A stretch of 64,000 nt of DNA, from positions 176,711 through 240,710 of the forward strand of contig CAVTRH010000008.1 of the NCBI GenBank assembly GCA_963736985.1, given 5' to 3'. The position numbers were made by a program, and so were the translations under genes. Each line of letters opens with the position of its first letter. Positions within the stretch are counted from its first letter, which is position 1. Shown here piece by piece: positions 10,901 to 18,775 of the stretch. Below the pieces are notes generated by a model. The model searched no databases. It was given only the letters and a program-made list of their open reading frames with translations, and was not told the origin of the DNA. The DNA is from an uncultured Acidobacteriaceae bacterium (lineage in GTDB: Bacteria; Acidobacteriota; Terriglobia; Bryobacterales; Bryobacteraceae).

Positions 10901-11718
10901 GGACGAATGTATCTGATGACGAATTCGCGAAGGCTGAAGACGATAGCGGTATATGACTTCTCGTGGTTCCGCGGATCTTCTTTTGCAATTTCCGAGGCAA
11001 CGCGTTTGCAATCGGCCCGAGCGTCAGCAACTGTGACGTGGGGCTTCAGCCTTCCGTATCCGGCGTATGGGGAATATCTGCGCCGTGCCTGTTCATCGCG
11101 CGGCATTCTCAGCGGAATCCAGACATCCGTATGAACGTTTTCGCTCGATACCCCGCTCACCGGGAGCGCAAACCAGGGCGGCATCACACCCAGCACCGTA
11201 TACAGTTCGCCATCGAGCGTAATAGAGCGCCCTATAATGCCAGAGCCGAAGCGGTTCCAAACACGGCTCGATATCACCGCAACGTTCGGGCCGTCCGAAT
11301 CGCGAAACAGCCGCCCGCGCATTGGATTGACACCTAGGTTGTCGATCAGCGACGGTGTAACCGGAACCCCCTGAATATGCTGCGGTTCGCCTGGCGATGT
11401 CAGATTGAAATCGCTGAAGATCATGTACCAGCCGAATGCGTCGAAGCTGTGCGTCCGGTCGCGGTAATCCTCGAGATCGGAATAAGAGAGCGCGGAAATG
11501 CCGCCCTGCTCGGCCCCGCTAATCCGTGTACTCCCGCCGAATAAAACTACCCAGCGATTGCCTTCCGTATAGGGAAGCGGCGCGAGCAGGACTGCGTTCA
11601 CGACCGTAAAAACGGCCGTCGCGCAGCCGATTCCGACCGCAAGCGCGATTACCGCCAAGGCCGCGAGTCCCTTTGCGTTTCTCCAAGACCGCCAGCTTTG
11701 CGAGAGAACCGTGAACAT
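7975..11718 (-). CDS. ADOP-type (MacB/FtsX-like, duplicated) permease fused in frame to GAF and PP2C/SpoIIE phosphatase domains
   Basis: The N-terminal ~800 aa start with MFTVLSQSWRSWRNAKGLAALAVIALAVGIGCATAVFTVVNAVLLAPLPY. They contain two FtsX-type 4-TM blocks, each after a large extracytoplasmic domain. The normal permease C-terminal motif (FPAWRTTLVSPMVAIRND) is not followed by a stop. The protein continues for 445 aa with a GAF-like region and then a PP2C region (SVGGDYYDF, ALADVAGKGVAAAL, YVNAGHNPPY, FTDGVTEA, HDDITFVVMKV). ATG 11718 is chosen over the track start at 11808. Confidence 0.85.
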   Translation of the reverse strand: MFTVLSQSWRSWRNAKGLAALAVIALAVGIGCATAVFTVVNAVLLAPLPYTEGNRWVVLFGGSTRISGAEQGGISALSYSDLEDYRDRTHSFDAFGWYMIFSDFNLTSPGEPQHIQGVPVTPSLIDNLGVNPMRGRLFRDSDGPNVAVISSRVWNRFGSGIIGRSITLDGELYTVLGVMPPWFALPVSGVSSENVHTDVWIPLRMPRDEQARRRYSPYAGYGRLKPHVTVADARADCKRVASEIAKEDPRNHEKSYTAIVFSLREFVIRYIRPVLLLLFSAAGLLLLITCANVAGLLVGRSVGRSREIAIRVALGGGQGQLALQFFFESLFVAIGAAVLGIGASVALVRLILTLAADFIPRADQISTNWPVVLFAVAVGCLAALLSSLAPLWQAVRTQPNDVLNEGVRSSASARTRRLSHSLVVAEIALAFTLLSVSALLLLQLEQLNRVWPGFDPNHLIAFQLSVRRNVNVKETFAYENRFLQALEGIPGVSSAAVANQLPLEGCCLQTTLFPEGRAPSLDVDHSIAFVVASSEYFRTMRIPLEKGRFLTEHDAHENPVSIVIDEATAKRLWPDRDPIGAFAHLSSPNGDRVQVIGVAGNVRDDGLDAATRPELYVLNALTLMDPIQFVVRSSLPSTTLIPAVRRAVRNADPTQPIYNVHTMKEAESESLTFQRISSTVVGFFACAALLMAAVGVYGVTSYSVRQRTVEMGTRMALGATGRDLLTLVLGSGLRMAGYGIGFGALVVIFATWLVARFFHLHDIGAVPYLYSVAILAALAMFGSLFPAWRTTLVSPMVAIRNDGRRYGAVVYAAAEDDGAAGLEPALLKEFIDASRHSDSFSEALRSAVATLRARIRAQSAMLLENISEGEYRCAARIPEKQQVVCSIPANGFLINRLKFYPAPLAFTAGDLDSALRWAMEQKPRHVAEIEMLRNVDIRLAVALRTKNEILGLLLFGPPIERRAFTPSEKQLLAACADQFALMIENARLTERVVEQEKLRRDVELAAEVQKRLLPRESPETAASSLGAFTLPARSVGGDYYDFLNVGDHRIGIALADVAGKGVAAALITAVVHASLRILASEGNISLPELAAKMNRFLHGSTGSSSYATFFYAQIDEQKRQLRYVNAGHNPPYLVRSLENAYGSQSGAAIDELKTGGTIIGMFPSASYEEATVDLCSGDVLLAFTDGVTEALNTNEEEFGEERLKSLVRDVAHLPVQEMTEHIAQEIRKWVGDAPQHDDITFVVMKVN

Positions 11719-11843
11719 CCGAGAAGAATGATAGCCTGTCACGCTTATGCGCGGACCTCCGGTTGTCCAGAAAAGGAAAAGGTGTGTAGAGTTCGTTTTG
11801 AACTCCACACACCTTAAACTTCCGGCCGCGCTGAAAACGGCTT

Positions 11844-12671
11844 CTAAGTGGCTTGCGTCTTCTTCGGCGCGCGAGTAGCCTTAATGCGCTTCGTGTCCAT
11901 CGCCTTATTGAACCAGTCTTCAGCCTGCGCAACATCAGCTTTCGCCTCTTCCGGGCTGTCATCCAGGTACGCTTTCATCCGATACAGCAGGTTAATGTAA
12001 GACATAGCGTCTTCGTTTTCCTTATCGCGCGCCAGGCACTCCTTAAGATCCTGAATGCCGTCTTGGACCAGCTTGTAATATTTGTCCTTCAACTCCGCGC
12101 GTTCCTTCTTATCCTTGAGCGGCGGAGGATCGGTGGCGCTCATCCGCTCCTGCACACGCGCGCTGACGATCGGCTGAAAGGCCTCATCGTAGTTGATCAC
12201 GCCCAGATAGTAATAAGGCTCCGCATCCTTCGAGTCCACTTCCATTCGGCGCTGATTCCACTTCCTCGCTTGTTCGAGCGCGGCGGTCTTCTGTTCCTGG
12301 TTGCCGGCCGTGGCCGAGTTGTAGGCCATGGACGCCATGGAAGCGAGTGCCAGGCCGTTCTTGGGGTCGGTCTTCAAAACCTTCTCGAATTCGCGCTGCG
12401 CCGCGTTATAGTTTTTCTGGTTATCCGGCGAATCCGCGCCCGGCACCCACTGGATCATGTAAGACGTCGCCAGATAGAGTTGGGCGTTTTGATTCGACGG
12501 ATCCAGTTTTACGGCTTCCTGGAAATGTTTTACAGCGTCGGCGTATTTATTGTTCCGATACGCCTGTACGCCCTTATTCATCTCATCCCGGGATTGCAGC
12601 TTGGCGCAACCCGTCGTCGCTAATATCAGTCCGGCGCATAGCGCCAACGTAAACCACTTAGACCTTCGCAT
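11844..12671 (-). CDS. TPR-repeat lipoprotein, last gene of the TonB-ExbBD cluster
   Basis: Lipobox signal (MRRSKWFTLALCAGLILATTGC) and TPR-like repeats (AVKHFQEAVKLDPSNQNAQLYLATSY…, REFEKVLKTDPKNGLAL…). Confidence 0.8.
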   Translation of the reverse strand: MRRSKWFTLALCAGLILATTGCAKLQSRDEMNKGVQAYRNNKYADAVKHFQEAVKLDPSNQNAQLYLATSYMIQWVPGADSPDNQKNYNAAQREFEKVLKTDPKNGLALASMASMAYNSATAGNQEQKTAALEQARKWNQRRMEVDSKDAEPYYYLGVINYDEAFQPIVSARVQERMSATDPPPLKDKKERAELKDKYYKLVQDGIQDLKECLARDKENEDAMSYINLLYRMKAYLDDSPEEAKADVAQAEDWFNKAMDTKRIKATRAPKKTQAT

Positions 12672-12691
12672 GTGCGCAGCCTCGTGTCCTG

Positions 12692-13120
12692 TTATTGTCC
12701 TGCCTCTACCTTCGGCGTCATGATGCCAACCTTATCGAGACCGGCCCCTTTGGCATCGTCAATCGCCTGCGCGACATATCGATAATCGATGTCCGGATCG
12801 CCCTTGACGAACACAACCTTTGTTGCACGAGTCTTGAAAATGTCCTCGAGCTGTGTCGTCAGGTCTCTCTCCTTCACCGGCTGCCCATTGATCTCCATGC
12901 TCGCGTCCTTCTTCACCTCGATGACGACCGTCGGGTCCTGATTCGGCGGCGGTGGCGGCTGGTTCGGCGGCGGTGGTTGAGGCACCAGCGCGTCCAATCC
13001 GTGCGGCGTCAAAGGCGTGATCACCATAAAGATGATCAGCAGCACCAGCAATACATCAATCATCGGAGTTACATTGACGTCGCACATTGCGCCGCCCTTT
13101 TTTCCAACTGCCATTGACAT
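12692..13120 (-). CDS. exbD: biopolymer transport protein ExbD/TolR
   Basis: INVTPMIDVLLVLLIIFMV single TM segment plus a periplasmic domain. AGGAG lies 10 nt upstream of the ATG. Confidence 0.9.
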   Translation of the reverse strand: MSMAVGKKGGAMCDVNVTPMIDVLLVLLIIFMVITPLTPHGLDALVPQPPPPNQPPPPPNQDPTVVIEVKKDASMEINGQPVKERDLTTQLEDIFKTRATKVVFVKGDPDIDYRYVAQAIDDAKGAGLDKVGIMTPKVEAGQ

Positions 13121-13147
13121 AGGATGTGAACTCCTTCGAGTCGAAAA

Positions 13148-13591
13148 TTACAATCCCAAACTTTTTCTATTCTTGTCCTGCACGGCTTCCGTGATCAGTC
13201 CAATCGTATCTACGCCGTCGGTTCGCAGCGCGTCAATCACGTCGGTCACGCTCGCAAAGCGCGCTCTCGCGTCGGCCCGGATATAGACCGTCTTATCCGA
13301 ACGGTTCTGCTGTAGATCCTTGACCTTACCCGGCAACTGGTCTACTTGTATCATCTGGTTGCCCGGGCTGAGGTAATCCTTGCCATCTCGCGTGATCGAA
13401 ATCAAGATTGCGTCCTCTTTATCGGCTTCCTGCATCTTGATGTCGTTGTGCGTCTTTACCATGTTCACGGTGACGCCTTTAGACAACATAGGCGTAATGA
13501 CCATGAAGATGATGAGCAGCACTAACATCACATCCACCATGGGCGTAACGTTGATGTCCGAAACCACGGGCGGCGCCTTCATTAATTTCAT
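13148..13591 (-). CDS. exbD: biopolymer transport protein ExbD/TolR (second copy)
   Basis: INVTPMVDVMLVLLIIFMVITP motif. The start is ATG 13591 (MKLMKAPP) with GGAG upstream; the track ORF extends to 13624. Confidence 0.9.
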   Translation of the reverse strand: MKLMKAPPVVSDINVTPMVDVMLVLLIIFMVITPMLSKGVTVNMVKTHNDIKMQEADKEDAILISITRDGKDYLSPGNQMIQVDQLPGKVKDLQQNRSDKTVYIRADARARFASVTDVIDALRTDGVDTIGLITEAVQDKNRKSLGL

Positions 13592-13705
13592 GTTTCGCTC
13601 CTTTCGATCGCAATGCGCGCTCAAGCCAACTGCCTTAGCCGGGAGCAGCCTCGGAGAGCCGCTCCCAGCCTCGATTCAACTCGAGCGTAAGCCTAAGTGA
13701 CGGAT

Positions 13706-14476
13706 TTAGACGCCGCGCGTAGCGGCAGCGGTGGTCGCGCCGACGCCGGCGCGTTGCGTGCGCTTCAAAAAGTAGTCGATCAGCTCGGAGCTGGAGTTGC
13801 CCATCTCCACGTCGAACGCCTCGATGCGGTTCGTGAAATAGTTAAACATCCACACCGCGGGGATGGCGACGAACAGACCGACCGCAGTAGTGATCAGCGC
13901 TTCGGAAATACCGCCGGCAACCGCGCCCAAACCAGTCGATTTCGAAGTCGAAATGGATTTGAACGCGTTCATGATGCCGACCACCGTTCCGAATAAGCCG
14001 ACAAAGGGCGCCGTAGAGCCAATCGTCGCTAAGCTGCTCACGCCGCGCTTCAGTTCGGCATGCACGATAGCTTCCGCGCGTTCCAGAGCCCGGCGCGAAG
14101 CCTCGATCTCTTCACCCGGAATCTCCGTGCTGGCCTGATGAGCCTTGAATTCCTGCAGACCCGCGACCACGACCTTCGCTAGGTGGCTCTTGTTAAACCG
14201 ATCGGCGATCTTGATGGCCTCGTCCAGCTTGCCTTCCCGCAGCGCTCCGGCAACCGCCGGGGCAAACGCCCGCGATTGTTTCCGCGCCGCGTTATACGCG
14301 ATCAGACGGTCAATCATAACTCCGATCGACCAAGCGGACATAATGAACAGGACGATCACGACGCATTTCGCCGCGACGCCCATGTTGCCCCACACCGTAC
14401 GAGGATCGAAACTAAGCGTCCCTCCCTCGGCTTCCTGCAGGAGCCAAAATGCCCATACGTGAAGTTGAAGTAACAT
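13706..14476 (-). CDS. exbB: MotA/TolQ/ExbB proton-channel protein
   Basis: Three TM segments and the conserved C-terminal region LATIGSTAPFVGLFGTVVGIMNAF…ISEALITTAVGLFVAIPA. Confidence 0.9.
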   Translation of the reverse strand: MLLQLHVWAFWLLQEAEGGTLSFDPRTVWGNMGVAAKCVVIVLFIMSAWSIGVMIDRLIAYNAARKQSRAFAPAVAGALREGKLDEAIKIADRFNKSHLAKVVVAGLQEFKAHQASTEIPGEEIEASRRALERAEAIVHAELKRGVSSLATIGSTAPFVGLFGTVVGIMNAFKSISTSKSTGLGAVAGGISEALITTAVGLFVAIPAVWMFNYFTNRIEAFDVEMGNSSSELIDYFLKRTQRAGVGATTAAATRGV

Positions 14477-14533
14477 GCTTATCTCCTAAGTTGAATCGAA
14501 TTAGTTGAATCGAACAAAAGTAACAAACCGCAC

Positions 14534-15268
14534 TTACTGGCTCAACGTGAAATTCACGATGATATCCGTAATCACATCCACTGGCTGGCCGTTCAGCAGC
14601 GTTGGCCTGTATTTCCATTGCAGCACTGCTTCTCTCGCTGCGTTCACCAACAGTGGATGCCCGCGCACGAGAGTTAAATTCACTATGCTGCCTTCCTTGT
14701 TGATTGTGGCAGTGAACTCAACCGTGCCTTGCACGCGTGCCGATTTCGCCAGGGGAGGATAAACCGGCTGAACCTTGCGGATCAGGTTCGCCTCGGCCAC
14801 GCGCCCGCCGATCTGAACGGGTCCTTGCGGTTTCTTCGGCGGAGGAGGTGGAGGAGGTGCCGCGCCCACACCGCCCAGCACGCCACCTAATACGCCACCG
14901 GCCGCGCCGCCCGCTTCACCGGTTCCGCCGACCACGCCCATTCCGGTATCAGGCGGCGGAGCAGCCTCTTCGATGTGGTTTATCTGTTTTGGAATTACTC
15001 TCGGCGCCATCAACTGATTCGCGATGAACTGCCGGACCACCGGCTTCGGCTGCACCTTCACCTGCGGTGGTGGGGGCGGCGGTGGCGGTGGTGGGGGCGG
15101 CGGTGCCACCAGCATGCTCTTCAATTGAGCGCTGGGCAACGCCTCAGTGTAGATCAACGGAATCAGAATGAAAACACCAATGACGCAAATCTCCAATATT
15201 AACGACAGGGCGATAGTATACGGCTTCTTCGTTTTCTGTGCGCCGTCAACGAATGTTTGATCAAACAT
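14534..15268 (-). CDS. tonB: energy transducer TonB
   Basis: N-terminal TM anchor, two poly-proline tracts (14 Pro and 7 Pro), and a C-terminal TonB domain (…VQPVYPPLAKSARVQGTVEFTATINKEGSIVNLTLVRGHPLL…A.EAVLQWKYRPTLLNGQPV). Confidence 0.85.
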   Translation of the reverse strand: MFDQTFVDGAQKTKKPYTIALSLILEICVIGVFILIPLIYTEALPSAQLKSMLVAPPPPPPPPPPPPPQVKVQPKPVVRQFIANQLMAPRVIPKQINHIEEAAPPPDTGMGVVGGTGEAGGAAGGVLGGVLGGVGAAPPPPPPPKKPQGPVQIGGRVAEANLIRKVQPVYPPLAKSARVQGTVEFTATINKEGSIVNLTLVRGHPLLVNAAREAVLQWKYRPTLLNGQPVDVITDIIVNFTLSQ

Positions 15269-15344
15269 TGTAAATCCCCTCGCTTCTGCCCGGCCAGCGC
15301 GGGCTCCCTATTTACTTGTTATTTCTCTCCCGCTAAAAACTCAC

Positions 15345-16562
15345 TTACTTTGCTGTCTTCACCGTCTTTGGAACGGTGCGCAACCGGCTATCTACGGCCG
15401 GCGCTCTTACTCTTCTCTTCCGGCCTTCCGCCACGTCCTGCCAGAAGACCAGAATCGGACTAGCGATAAAAATCGACGAATACGTGCCAATAATGATACC
15501 CACTACCAGCCCAAAAGAGAAACCGTTGAGTACCGGTCCCCCAAACAGGAACAATGAGAGCGCCGTCAAAAATGTCAAACCGGACGTCAACACCGTTCTG
15601 CTAAGTGTTTGATTAATGCTGGTGTTAACTATTTCACTGAAAGATCCGCGGCGTTGTAATCGCAAATTCTCGCGAATCCGATCGAAGGTTACGATCGTAT
15701 CATTCATCGAGTAACCGACCAAGGTCAGCAGCGCCGCAATCACCGTCAGGTCTATCTGCTTGTTGAAGATCGAAAACAAGCCAACCGTAATGATCGTGTC
15801 GTGAAAGACCGCGATGACCGCCGCCACTCCATAAATCCATTCAAATCGGAATGCGATGTAAATCAGCATCGCCCCCAGCGCGACCAGCACCACGTTGATC
15901 GCCTGATGGCGTAAGTCGGCACCGATCTTCGGCCCGACGATTTCCACACGTCTGACCGCGAAGCTCCCGATCGCCGCCTGCTGTTTCAGAACGTTGACTA
16001 CTTGCGGCGTTACTCCCGGAACACTCGACAGGTCGTCCACGTTCGTAATCAGCCCGGAGTGCGATTCGCGGTAATTGACGATGCCTCGTACGAGCGCTTG
16101 GAGTTGATCGTCGGAAAGCGTCACGCCCGCCTGCTGCAGCGGATCCCGCAGCCGGTCGGCAATGGTTGTCTCGCTGGCCGAATTAAGGTCCAGTTTCCCG
16201 TCGATATGCGGGTTGAACGCGGTATTCAACGTGCTCTCGATATCGCCGCGCACTGCCTGCACCGTTTCGTCGCGCACGCCCGTCGAAATCAGCACTTCTT
16301 GAGAATGGCCGGCTTCCCGCACTTCCTGCACTTCAATATCGCCGGATATCTTTTTGTGGAGCGCGGAGCGAATCGCTTCCGCCGGAGGCCGCTTTATGAA
16401 ATTGACGTCCATCAGCGCTCCACCTGTAAAATCGATGCCGTATCTAGGCCCGCCCTTTACCCACAGGCTGAACAACCCGGCTGCCGTAAGCACCAAAGAC
16501 AGGATGATGAACGGCCACTTCTTACCGAGAAAGTCAAAATTCGTCTGCTTGAAAATTTCCAT
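15345..16562 (-). CDS. secF: protein translocase subunit SecF, with an extra ~80-aa periplasmic module
   Basis: FDFLGKKW…YGIDFTGG… start, VEIVGPKIGADLRHQA, and the C-terminal TM bundle (DRIRENLR…). At 405 aa it is longer than typical SecF because of an insertion in the first periplasmic loop (see findings). Confidence 0.93.
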   Translation of the reverse strand: MEIFKQTNFDFLGKKWPFIILSLVLTAAGLFSLWVKGGPRYGIDFTGGALMDVNFIKRPPAEAIRSALHKKISGDIEVQEVREAGHSQEVLISTGVRDETVQAVRGDIESTLNTAFNPHIDGKLDLNSASETTIADRLRDPLQQAGVTLSDDQLQALVRGIVNYRESHSGLITNVDDLSSVPGVTPQVVNVLKQQAAIGSFAVRRVEIVGPKIGADLRHQAINVVLVALGAMLIYIAFRFEWIYGVAAVIAVFHDTIITVGLFSIFNKQIDLTVIAALLTLVGYSMNDTIVTFDRIRENLRLQRRGSFSEIVNTSINQTLSRTVLTSGLTFLTALSLFLFGGPVLNGFSFGLVVGIIIGTYSSIFIASPILVFWQDVAEGRKRRVRAPAVDSRLRTVPKTVKTAK

Positions 16563-16709
16563 CTAGCCCTAGAGGCCGGCATTCATAAGAGATAGACACC
16601 GGCTATTAACAAATGTTCCCAATAACACGCTTCCAAAACAGCACCTCAGCTGTTCGAAGCGCGGTGATTCCAAGCGCACGGGCGTTTGGCGCCGTCGTGC
16701 GCGTTCATA

Positions 16710-18332
16710 TCAGATGCTGAGCGCTCGCACCGGCTTAGGCCGTGAGAGCTCCCAGTCGAAAATAAACCTTGAAACAAAAACTGCGGTAAACACATTGGCC
16801 ACCAGGCCGATCACCAGGGTAACCGCAAACCCCTTGACGGGTCCAGAGCCGAACATAAAGAGGATGGCGCAGGAGACCACCGTGGTCACGTGGGTGTCGA
16901 TAATCGTGAGCAGCGCCTTGTTGAACCCCGTGTCAACCGCGGGAATGATCGCCTTGCCCGCCCGCAGCTCTTCCCGGATGCGCTCGAAAATCAGCACGTT
17001 GCTATCCACCGCCATACCAATCGTCAGGATGATTCCCGCAATGCCCGGCAACGTCAGAACCGCATCGAAATAGCTCAAGCACGCGATGAGAATGACCGCG
17101 TTCAAAACGAGCGCCAGGGTCGCATTGATGCCGCTCTTTTTGTAATAGACCAGCATCGCAATAATCACCGCCAGCACTCCCGCAATACCCGCGGCAAATC
17201 CGTCCCGGATGGAATCGGCGCCCAAGCTTGGGCCGACCGTGTCTTCCTGCTCGTAGACCACCTTCGCAGGCAACGCGCCGGCTTTTAAATTCAGCGCCAG
17301 GTCCGCGGCCGCCTGCTCCGTCGGTTGCCCTTCGATCACTCCGTTGTCGCTGATCTGCCCTTTGATGACCGGCGCCTGGAGCACTTTCCCATCCAACACG
17401 ATCGCCAGCCGCTGCCCGATATGCGAACCGGTATAGGCCGAAAACCGCTTGGCCGCGTCGTTGCTGAGCGCAAACCACGTGTCCCAGCTATTGGGCAGTT
17501 GTCCCTGTTGAGCTCGCGCGTCGCGCAGGTCCGGTCCTCGCACCACCGGCGTACGCGAAACCAGGTAAACACCGCCCTCATTCGTGCTGGAGTCGGCACC
17601 GGCAGCACCAATCAGCTTGGTCCCCACGGGCAGTACGCCGCCATTTTGCGCCAGGGCTTCGTCCCGGCTCTGAAACGGCCCGCCGCGCACATCATAGAGC
17701 TCTAGAACCGCCGCAGTCTGCAAAATCTGCTTCACTCGCGCCGGATCGTCCACGCCGGGCAGTTGCACCAGCAGTTCGGAATCCGCATCTTCGCGGCGTT
17801 GCTGTACGGTCGCTTCGCTCAGCCCCAGGGCATTAATCTTTTTATCGATCGTGTTCTTCGATTGCGCCAGCACGCTTTGCCACAGTTTCAGCGCGTCCGT
17901 CGGCCGCATGGTCAGCCGGTAATCGGTGGCGCTGGTCGGAGTCATCAGCCAGCTTGTGAATTGTTCGTTGACGATGCCCCGCAGCGTGCCGGCCTGAGTC
18001 GATGGAACGCCCTTGATATCGATCGCCACTTTCGTCGCGGTCTGCAGACTGTTGGCTTCTTCGATCGTGACATCTGAGAACTGCACCCCGGCTTTGCGCA
18101 CCGCTTCTTTCAGCCGATCCGCATCCGAGCTCGCCTGCGTATTGAACGCGTCTTGCTGCTGCACCTGCACTACTAAATAGGTCCCGCCCCTCAGATCGAG
18201 CCCGAGCCGGATGTTCTTGTGCCAATTCTCGGCTAGCTCGGCCTTGCTCTTCGGCAACCCGATGATCCCGTATATGCAAATCAGGATCACGGCGAGAATG
18301 AAAAAAAACTTAAAGCGTAAATGGCGTTTCAT
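16710..18332 (-). CDS. secD: protein translocase subunit SecD
   Basis: …IRLGLDLRGGTYLVVQV…, a large P1 domain, then …VGPSLGADSIRDG… and a six-TM C-terminus ending …IFERIREE…. Confidence 0.95.
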   Translation of the reverse strand: MKRHLRFKFFFILAVILICIYGIIGLPKSKAELAENWHKNIRLGLDLRGGTYLVVQVQQQDAFNTQASSDADRLKEAVRKAGVQFSDVTIEEANSLQTATKVAIDIKGVPSTQAGTLRGIVNEQFTSWLMTPTSATDYRLTMRPTDALKLWQSVLAQSKNTIDKKINALGLSEATVQQRREDADSELLVQLPGVDDPARVKQILQTAAVLELYDVRGGPFQSRDEALAQNGGVLPVGTKLIGAAGADSSTNEGGVYLVSRTPVVRGPDLRDARAQQGQLPNSWDTWFALSNDAAKRFSAYTGSHIGQRLAIVLDGKVLQAPVIKGQISDNGVIEGQPTEQAAADLALNLKAGALPAKVVYEQEDTVGPSLGADSIRDGFAAGIAGVLAVIIAMLVYYKKSGINATLALVLNAVILIACLSYFDAVLTLPGIAGIILTIGMAVDSNVLIFERIREELRAGKAIIPAVDTGFNKALLTIIDTHVTTVVSCAILFMFGSGPVKGFAVTLVIGLVANVFTAVFVSRFIFDWELSRPKPVRALSI

Positions 18333-18361
18333 TTGTTAGCACTACATGCGAAGCCCTGCCG

Positions 18362-18706
18362 CTATTTCTTGCCTTGATCGTCGCTTCCAACCACGCTCGT
18401 CACGGCACTGCGCGCCACCTGAATCTTCAGGTTGTCAGGTTTTATTCGCAGTATCAGCGTATCATCATTTACCGAAACAATTGTTCCAATGATGCCGCCG
18501 CTGGTCAGAACCGTTTGGCCGTTCTGCAGCGCTTTGATCATCGCTTTCTGCTTGCCCTGTTGCCGCCGCATGGGCATGAAAACCAGAAAATAGAAGATCG
18601 CGATCATCAATACGATCGGGATCAGGCCCGTTGTGAACGCTCCTGTCGGGGAAGTGGTCGCGCCCGCAGCCTGCAACAGAAGAAAAGAAACTGGCATCAA
18701 GCTCAT
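18362..18706 (-). CDS. yajC: preprotein translocase subunit YajC
   Basis: Single TM segment, then FYFLVFMPMRRQQGKQ…L..GQTVLTSGGIIGTIVSV.DDTLILRI. Confidence 0.9.
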   Translation of the reverse strand: MSLMPVSFLLLQAAGATTSPTGAFTTGLIPIVLMIAIFYFLVFMPMRRQQGKQKAMIKALQNGQTVLTSGGIIGTIVSVNDDTLILRIKPDNLKIQVARSAVTSVVGSDDQGKK

Positions 18707-18775
18707 TATTTTAGAGTAGTGGACGTGCGGGTAGAGCCCTGCCGCTCTACCGCCGGGTGGTTGGATGGTCTTACC

